64,000 bases of DNA. Source: Blastocatellia bacterium (GTDB lineage: Bacteria > Acidobacteriota > Blastocatellia > UBA7656). Positions 58,768-64,000 of the stretch are shown piece by piece. The stretch spans positions 4,666-68,665 of the forward strand of contig JBASRN010000012.1 in the NCBI GenBank assembly GCA_049273855.1, read 5' to 3'. Both the position numbers and the translations under genes were made by a program. Position 1 is the first letter of the stretch, and each line of letters opens with the position of its first letter. Below the pieces are notes generated by a model that was given only the letters and a program-made list of their open reading frames with translations, searched no databases and was not told the DNA's origin.

Positions 58768-60204
58768 TCATCTTTGAGTGCCGCCGACGGTCATCTCGCT
58801 TATTTTGATCGTAGGAATTCCGACGCCCACGGGGATGTTCTGCCCGTCCTTGCCGCACACTCCCACGCCTGGGTCGAGCTCGAGGTCGTTGCCCACCGCG
58901 GTGACGTGTTTGAGTGACTCGGGACCGTTGCCGCGCAGGGTCGCGCCCTTAACGGGCGCCGTAACCTTACCGTCTTCGATCAGATACGCCTCGGAAGCCG
59001 AAAACGCAAACTCCCCGCTTGTGATGTCAACCTGGCCGCCCCCGAACTGCACCGCGTAGATGCCTCGCTTCACCGACCGGATTATGTCTTCGCTGGTGTC
59101 TTTGCCAGCGAGCATAAACGTGTTGGTCATGCGTGGCAACGGCATGTGCTTGTAACTTTGCCGACGGCCGTTACCGGTGCGCTCGGACCTCATTAGACCT
59201 GAGTTCAAGTAGTCACTCATGTAAGCGCGAAGGATTCCGTTCTCGATCAGCACGGTTCGGCTTGTCGGGTGACCTTCATCGTCAATATTGAGTGAGCCGC
59301 GCAGGTCCGGTATCGCGCCGTCGTCGACGACTGTGCATAGCTCCGAAGCTACAGGCTGGCCGATAAGACCCGAGAACGCCGAGGTCCGCTTGCGGTTGAA
59401 GTCCGACTCCAACCCGTGCCCGACTGCTTCGTGCAACAGAATGCCGGGCCAGCCTGGACCAAGCACGACTTCAAACTTCCCTGCAGGAGTGTCGACCGCC
59501 TCAAGCTGAATAATCGCCTGGCGCGCGGCTTCCTCGCCCAGGTGCTCGGGAGTCAACTCGTTCTCGAAGAAGTGGAGACCGATCCTTCCGCCGCCTCCTG
59601 CGCGGCCGACTTGAAGATTCCCGTCGTCGTCCGCAATACAGCTCAGTCCAAACCGCGCCATTGGCTGCACGTCACCCACCAATCTTCGGTCGGACGAAGC
59701 AATCATCACGTACTTCATCTCATCAGTGATCGAGGACTGTACCTCGCGTATTCGAGAGTCGTATCGGCGCGCGACCACGTCTCCTCTCTTGATCAGCTCG
59801 ATCTTGGTCGCCAGCTCGACGGAAGACATCGGCGTTTCAACCGGATACAGATCCAACTCATTAGGCGTCGCATTCACAGCCGACGGCTGTCTGCTCCCGC
59901 CGGTTCGCGCAATGTGGCTCGCAGTTTCGGCGGCGCGGCGGATTGCGTCAAACTCTATCTCGTCGGTGTATGCGTAGCCCGTCTTATCGCCGATGATGAC
60001 GCGAACTCCGACGCCCTGCGTGACTGACTTGGTCGCCGCCTTGATGATCTGTTCTTCGAGGTTCACCGTCGAGCCTACCCGGTGTTCGAAATAGAGGTCG
60101 GCGTAGTCCCCGCCACGCGCAAGCGCCGTCGCCAGCAACTTATCCACGTCGCCCTCGGTTAATCCAAATCGGTCAAAGAAAAATCGGATTGGGTCTCTAG
60201 TCAT
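58768..60204 (-). CDS. tldD: TldD family metalloprotease
   Basis: HEAVGHGLE HExxxH motif. 478 aa. Confidence 0.85.
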   Translation of the reverse strand: MTRDPIRFFFDRFGLTEGDVDKLLATALARGGDYADLYFEHRVGSTVNLEEQIIKAATKSVTQGVGVRVIIGDKTGYAYTDEIEFDAIRRAAETASHIARTGGSRQPSAVNATPNELDLYPVETPMSSVELATKIELIKRGDVVARRYDSRIREVQSSITDEMKYVMIASSDRRLVGDVQPMARFGLSCIADDDGNLQVGRAGGGGRIGLHFFENELTPEHLGEEAARQAIIQLEAVDTPAGKFEVVLGPGWPGILLHEAVGHGLESDFNRKRTSAFSGLIGQPVASELCTVVDDGAIPDLRGSLNIDDEGHPTSRTVLIENGILRAYMSDYLNSGLMRSERTGNGRRQSYKHMPLPRMTNTFMLAGKDTSEDIIRSVKRGIYAVQFGGGQVDITSGEFAFSASEAYLIEDGKVTAPVKGATLRGNGPESLKHVTAVGNDLELDPGVGVCGKDGQNIPVGVGIPTIKISEMTVGGTQR

Positions 60205-60291
60205 ATTCCCTTTGCCGGCGAGCTCAAAACCTGCAGCTAAGACTCAACCACCCCGTCTCAAAGTAAACAGATAAAGAAAAGCATTCGTGCT

Positions 60292-61086
60292 TTATTGTCG
60301 TTGGGGTTCTTTCTTTCTCTGCAAATTCTTCTCGCCCACGTGTAAGGCGGCGATCCCGCCAGCGAGATTGTAATATCTGACGCTTGAAAAACCAACCGCC
60401 CGCATTCTGTCCGCAAGAGCGTTCTGGTCCGGAAACGTCAGCACTGACTCGGGCAAATACCGATAAGCGAAGCTTGAACCCGAGACGGCATTTCCTATGC
60501 GAGGAAGCACCCGGGTGAAGTAGAAGTGAAAGAGGCTGCGAAAGATCGGCATTTGCGGGCGGGAAAACTCAAGCACCGCCGCGCATCCGCCTGGCTTCAA
60601 CAAGCGATAAACTTCGCGCAACCCGTCGCCGATGTTTTCCAGGTTTCTCAGCCCGAACGCCATCGACACCACGTCGAAGCTGTCGTCGGCCATCGGGCAC
60701 TGGAGCGCATCTCCTTCGACAAGTTCAACCGGAAGCGTTCCGCCGCGAAGTTTCGTCCGCCCGAGCGTGAGCATCGGATGGCAAAAGTCTACGCCAACAG
60801 TCGGAGCCAGCGCCGCAAGCTCCACTGTAAGCTCCGCTGTGCCACAACAAAGATCGAGCGCCTTCGAACCCGGCGCTTGCAAACGCTTGGCGACCTTACT
60901 TATCACAAACCGGCGCCACCGTTTATCGATGTTAAACGACAGGACGTGATTCAGCAGATCGTAGCGAGGCGCAATCTCCGCAAACATCTCGCGGACACGC
61001 GCCGCCTTGCCACTTGCGCCAACGTCATCTACGCTGACTTGCATCGCGTCGGATGTCCGGGGCCTTCGAAAGACACCCCTCATCAC
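60292..61086 (-). CDS. ubiE: Demethylmenaquinone/ubiquinone methyltransferase UbiE/MenG
   Basis: SAM motif ALDLCCGTAEL. Motif FDVVSMAFGLRNLENIGDGLREVYRLLKPGG is present. Confidence 0.85.
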   Translation of the reverse strand: MMRGVFRRPRTSDAMQVSVDDVGASGKAARVREMFAEIAPRYDLLNHVLSFNIDKRWRRFVISKVAKRLQAPGSKALDLCCGTAELTVELAALAPTVGVDFCHPMLTLGRTKLRGGTLPVELVEGDALQCPMADDSFDVVSMAFGLRNLENIGDGLREVYRLLKPGGCAAVLEFSRPQMPIFRSLFHFYFTRVLPRIGNAVSGSSFAYRYLPESVLTFPDQNALADRMRAVGFSSVRYYNLAGGIAALHVGEKNLQRKKEPQRQ

Positions 61087-62528
61087 TTGGAAACCGTGAC
61101 CGTTCCGAGCGACTTCAACTTGGTTTCGAGCTTGCTCGCGGGTCCGGCTATGACCAGGGCGGCAGACTGCGGCTTCAAGTAGCTTCGCGCGGCGCGCTGC
61201 ACATCGGCTGGCGTGAGCGCGGCCACCCTCTCCGCGAGATTTATCAAGTAGTCCCGGCCCAGCCCATAAGTCTCGATATCGAGAATCAGCCCTGCCGCGC
61301 CGTCGTTTGCCTTAAGCCTCTCGGCCACCGCAGCGATCAAACGGGACTTCGCCGATTCGACTCGCTCGGTGTCGGGCGTCTCAGATTGCAGGCGAACCAT
61401 CGCCGTTTGCACAGAATCCAAGAGGCTCGGAAGGTCCGCCACGTTGGATTTGAGCTTCACAACCAGCGGCCCAGCGATCTGTTGGGGAGTGTGTTCGACC
61501 TCAATCGTTACGCCGGGCGTTGCGGCTGCGATCGCCGAACAAGCCTGGGTGAGCAAGTCAATCGTGATCGTAGCCGCGAAGTAATCGTCTCCGCGCCTCG
61601 AGAATCCGATCTGCGCAATCACCGCGCTTGCAAGCTGCGCGTCCGGCCGGTCCATAATCAGAACGGTCCTGGCCGAGCGGGGCGCCGGCGGACGGAATGT
61701 CGGAGCGACCTTCTCACCTTTTTTCCATGCGCCGAGCTTGCCGCGTCCGAGCCGAGTAACTTGTTCCGCTCCGGCATCGCCGGTCACAACAAGCTCGGCA
61801 TTGTTCGCAAGGTAGAAACGAGAATGATAGTACAGCAGATCTTGCCTCGCGATTTGAGAAATCGATTCGGGAGTACCGCGAGCCGGCCTCCCGCAAGGGT
61901 TAGTGCCAAAAACGGATTCGACGGCCTTTTGCCGCAAGACCTCGCCATCCTCGGACAGTTCCTGTTTGACCGCCGCGATACGCATTGACTTTAGAGCATC
62001 GAGCTCCCTCTGATCGAACGCCGGTGCGATAACCAGTCGCCCCACCAGATCAAAAATCCCTTCCAGCGCATCGGAAGGCCCGCTGATCACAATATTGGTA
62101 GTATCCCAGCCAACCGAGATGTTAACGGTAAACCCCGAATGCTCGACGGTGTCGGTTACGCTCTTGGCATCGAAGCCGGGCCCTCCTTTTAGCAGCATCC
62201 CCGCAGTCAGGTCCGCCAGCCCGCCCTTCCCCGCCAGGTCAAACAAAGCTCCGCTGTTGATCCGCAGGCGTGTTGAGACGGTGCCCGTTCCCGGCTGTTC
62301 CAGAACGATTAGTTGCAGCCCATTCAAAAGTGAATCGCGCTTTACGATCGGCAACAAGAATGGCGACGCTTGCCGCTGCATTTGCCGGCGATACTCTCCC
62401 AGCGAGTGAGCAGCACCGAAAACAAGAGCGACAAGAATGCACGCAATGCCCAACCGCAAATTAACTAGCAAGGAACCCTCCCACTCTGGTTTAACGTCGA
62501 GTCTAACCACCGGAAAAAAGCGCGTCAA
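61083..62528 (-). CDS. M16 (pitrilysin) family peptidase-like protein
   Basis: N-terminal TM/signal. Two-domain M16 fold pattern. No clear HxxEH, so it may be an inactive subunit. Confidence 0.7.
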   Translation of the reverse strand: MTRFFPVVRLDVKPEWEGSLLVNLRLGIACILVALVFGAAHSLGEYRRQMQRQASPFLLPIVKRDSLLNGLQLIVLEQPGTGTVSTRLRINSGALFDLAGKGGLADLTAGMLLKGGPGFDAKSVTDTVEHSGFTVNISVGWDTTNIVISGPSDALEGIFDLVGRLVIAPAFDQRELDALKSMRIAAVKQELSEDGEVLRQKAVESVFGTNPCGRPARGTPESISQIARQDLLYYHSRFYLANNAELVVTGDAGAEQVTRLGRGKLGAWKKGEKVAPTFRPPAPRSARTVLIMDRPDAQLASAVIAQIGFSRRGDDYFAATITIDLLTQACSAIAAATPGVTIEVEHTPQQIAGPLVVKLKSNVADLPSLLDSVQTAMVRLQSETPDTERVESAKSRLIAAVAERLKANDGAAGLILDIETYGLGRDYLINLAERVAALTPADVQRAARSYLKPQSAALVIAGPASKLETKLKSLGTVTVSK

Positions 62529-62675
62529 CCTTTGTGTAGAGCCCCAAAAACTTTCGTGTTATACTCTGGACCGTTGCTCCCAGCCAAACAGCCGTACGGC
62601 ATTCGTGGGACGCGAACGAATCGCCAGGCCTTTGCCCCTGTTCAAACAGCCACCTGCGAAACCCGGAGAGATCTA

Positions 62676-63311
62676 ATGTATTGCCCTGGCTGCTCGACTC
62701 AATCAAACGAAGGGGTGAAGTTCTGCAAAGTCTGCGGCATGAATCTGAGCACAATCACCCAGGCGCTCAGCGGAGTAGCAGTCGTTTCCGATCCCATACG
62801 TGACCGCGAGTTCAAGCGAGCCCGCAAGCAGATCAGCGACGGTATCCAGGGTTCCGCAGTCGGCGCCGCCATCCTACTCGCCGCCGCCCTTCCGTATTTC
62901 ATAGTCACACCGCTCGCTTCGTGGCTGCTGGTATGGTCGCTGGGGCTGGCACTTTTCGGAATAGTAAAGCTCTTTCGTAGCATCGGCGAGATCATCGACG
63001 CCAAGGTAGGCCCTAAGCTGCTCGACCCGTCGCTACAGCCGCGCGCGACGGGCGGGCTGAATGGCTCACAGCTCGCCTCGAGTGCGCTGGTTAGACCTAG
63101 CCAGCGGTTGGTTGAGCCTTCGGGCAAGCCTGTCGGTCAACGCTCTCACACCCAGCCGTTTGGTGTTGCAACCGAGCAGGAAACCGCCACCCCGCCGAGC
63201 CCACTCGAGAATCCCTCTCGACCAGGCACTGGCCGCATCAATCGGGAGCTCTCGAGCCCACTCAGCAGACTCGAGGCTGGCGATGACATGGTCTCGAAAC
63301 TCCGAAATTGA
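62676..63311 (+). CDS. Zinc-ribbon domain membrane protein
   Basis: MYCPGCSTQ..CKVCG zinc ribbon. Two TM helices. Ser/Pro-rich tail. GGAGAG SD. Confidence 0.6.
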   Translation: MYCPGCSTQSNEGVKFCKVCGMNLSTITQALSGVAVVSDPIRDREFKRARKQISDGIQGSAVGAAILLAAALPYFIVTPLASWLLVWSLGLALFGIVKLFRSIGEIIDAKVGPKLLDPSLQPRATGGLNGSQLASSALVRPSQRLVEPSGKPVGQRSHTQPFGVATEQETATPPSPLENPSRPGTGRINRELSSPLSRLEAGDDMVSKLRN

Positions 63312-63400
63312 GAATAGTCCGTAGCCCGTAGTCCCTAGCTCGTGACTCGTAGGCACAACGGACACTCCTGACTACGGACTACTGACTACGGACTAATCAC
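63312..63400. repeat. Imperfect long inverted repeat between convergent genes (ATAGTCCGTAGCCCGTAGTCC ... GACTACGGACTACTGACTACGGACTA)
   Basis: CTACGGACTA/TAGTCCGTAG motifs repeated in opposite orientation. Likely a bidirectional terminator or REP-like element. Confidence 0.5.
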
Positions 63401-64000
63401 TACTTCGACTTAATCTCCGTCCAAAACCGATCATACAAACTAATCACCGGGCCCAGTTCTCTGATGAACTCACAGCGATCCAGAGCCTCGCTCGGCGGGT
63501 AAGCTGCTTCGTTCGTCAAGAGGTCGGGACGGATCAATGCGCGTGCCGCGAGGTTGGGCGACGAGTAGCCAGTGCCGTTGGCTATGTCGGCGGCCGTTCT
63601 CGCTTCAAGCACAAAGTTGATGAACTGATGCGCAAGCTCCGTACGCCGCGACGAACGAGGGACGCACAAGTTGTCCACAAAAATCGTGCAACCCTCTTTC
63701 GGGATCACGTAGCTGATGGCCGGATTCTCAGCCATCGCTTTGGCAATCTGGCCGCTGTAACTGTGAGCTAGCCACACGTCCCCGCTCAGTAGCAACTGAT
63801 CAAAGCCCCCGCTGTCGTAAGCCTTCACCAGCGGTTTCTGCTCGGACAAGAGTCTCGCCGCTTGCTCGAGCTCCGTCGGGTCGGTGCTGTTCAGTGACTT
63901 ACCCATCAGTTTGAGCGCTGCTCCCAGCGTCTCGCGGACGTCGTCCAGCATCGACAGGCGATCCTTGTATCTACTGTCCCATAGCGCAGCCCAGCTCTCG
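63400..64000 (-). CDS. Polyamine (PotD/PotF-like) ABC transporter substrate-binding protein; the N-terminus lies beyond the window end
   Basis: ..WLAHSYSGQIAKAMAENPAISYVIPKEGCTIFVDNLCVP is typical of PotD-family solute-binding proteins. The frame is open to position 64000. Confidence 0.7.
   Translation of the reverse strand, partial: ESWAALWDSRYKDRLSMLDDVRETLGAALKLMGKSLNSTDPTELEQAARLLSEQKPLVKAYDSGGFDQLLLSGDVWLAHSYSGQIAKAMAENPAISYVIPKEGCTIFVDNLCVPRSSRRTELAHQFINFVLEARTAADIANGTGYSSPNLAARALIRPDLLTNEAAYPPSEALDRCEFIRELGPVISLYDRFWTEIKSK

Noticed and set aside
1-64000. CRISPR arrays, tRNA/rRNA genes, intact transposases or integrases
   Set aside because: No regularly spaced direct repeats, no cloverleaf-like conserved tRNA motifs and no transposase or integrase ORFs were recognised by eye. 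Absence cannot be proven without tRNAscan/CRISPR tools.

Overview
This is a 64 kb chromosomal segment of a high-GC (about 60-65%) bacterium, probably a soil Gram-negative such as Acidobacteriota or Myxococcota. The origin is inferred only from composition and gene content.

Main content, in order:
- 1-3.5 kb: the tail of an FtsX-type ABC permease, then a 1025-aa NorD/CbbO-like VWA protein with no partner ATPase nearby.
- 3.8-13.8 kb: a Bacillus-type fatty-acid beta-oxidation locus. It comprises a TetR/FadR-like regulator with an autoregulatory FadR-box-like palindrome, an acyl-CoA ligase, a FadN-like 3-hydroxyacyl-CoA dehydrogenase, a thiolase and a long FadE-type acyl-CoA dehydrogenase. The locus is interrupted between fadN and fadA by a lower-GC three-gene cassette: DUF4160, DUF2442 and a restriction-endonuclease-fold protein.
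- 13.8-16.4 kb: an MBL hydrolase, then an AT-rich gene-poor island ending in a HicB/HicA toxin-antitoxin pair. The island is flanked by an 18-bp direct repeat and a 5' fragment of an AMP-ligase gene.
- 16.3-21.8 kb: an aryl/acyl-CoA ligase, a Ycf48-like BNR beta-propeller and a large secreted FG-GAP protein.
- 22-27.5 kb: a 1170-aa sigma-54 activator with TPR repeats and an IS630-transposase-like N-terminal HTH, followed by a secreted protein.
- 29.6-39.4 kb: a ten-gene chemosensory module. It encodes a GAF-PAS MCP, CheW, CheR, CheA, CheB, CheY, CheX, a coiled-coil GAF protein, a second CheY and a DUF4388/PATAN-like protein. The non-canonical outputs suggest a non-motility function.
- 39.5-64 kb: housekeeping and envelope genes. 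These are glutaryl-CoA dehydrogenase-like ACAD, XdhC, a secreted VWA protein, UDP-glucose dehydrogenase plus UDP-xylose synthase, SLT, MscS, dienelactone hydrolase, CcsA/ResB, Maf, an ABC ATPase, a LolA-like protein, PmbA/TldD, UbiE, an M16 peptidase, a zinc-ribbon protein and a PotD-like binding protein.

Oddities in the last stretch: a degraded SDR pseudogene, and a 5'-nucleotidase / tetraheme cytochrome c fusion carrying an in-frame TGA. The TGA may be selenocysteine, a pseudogene lesion or a sequencing error.
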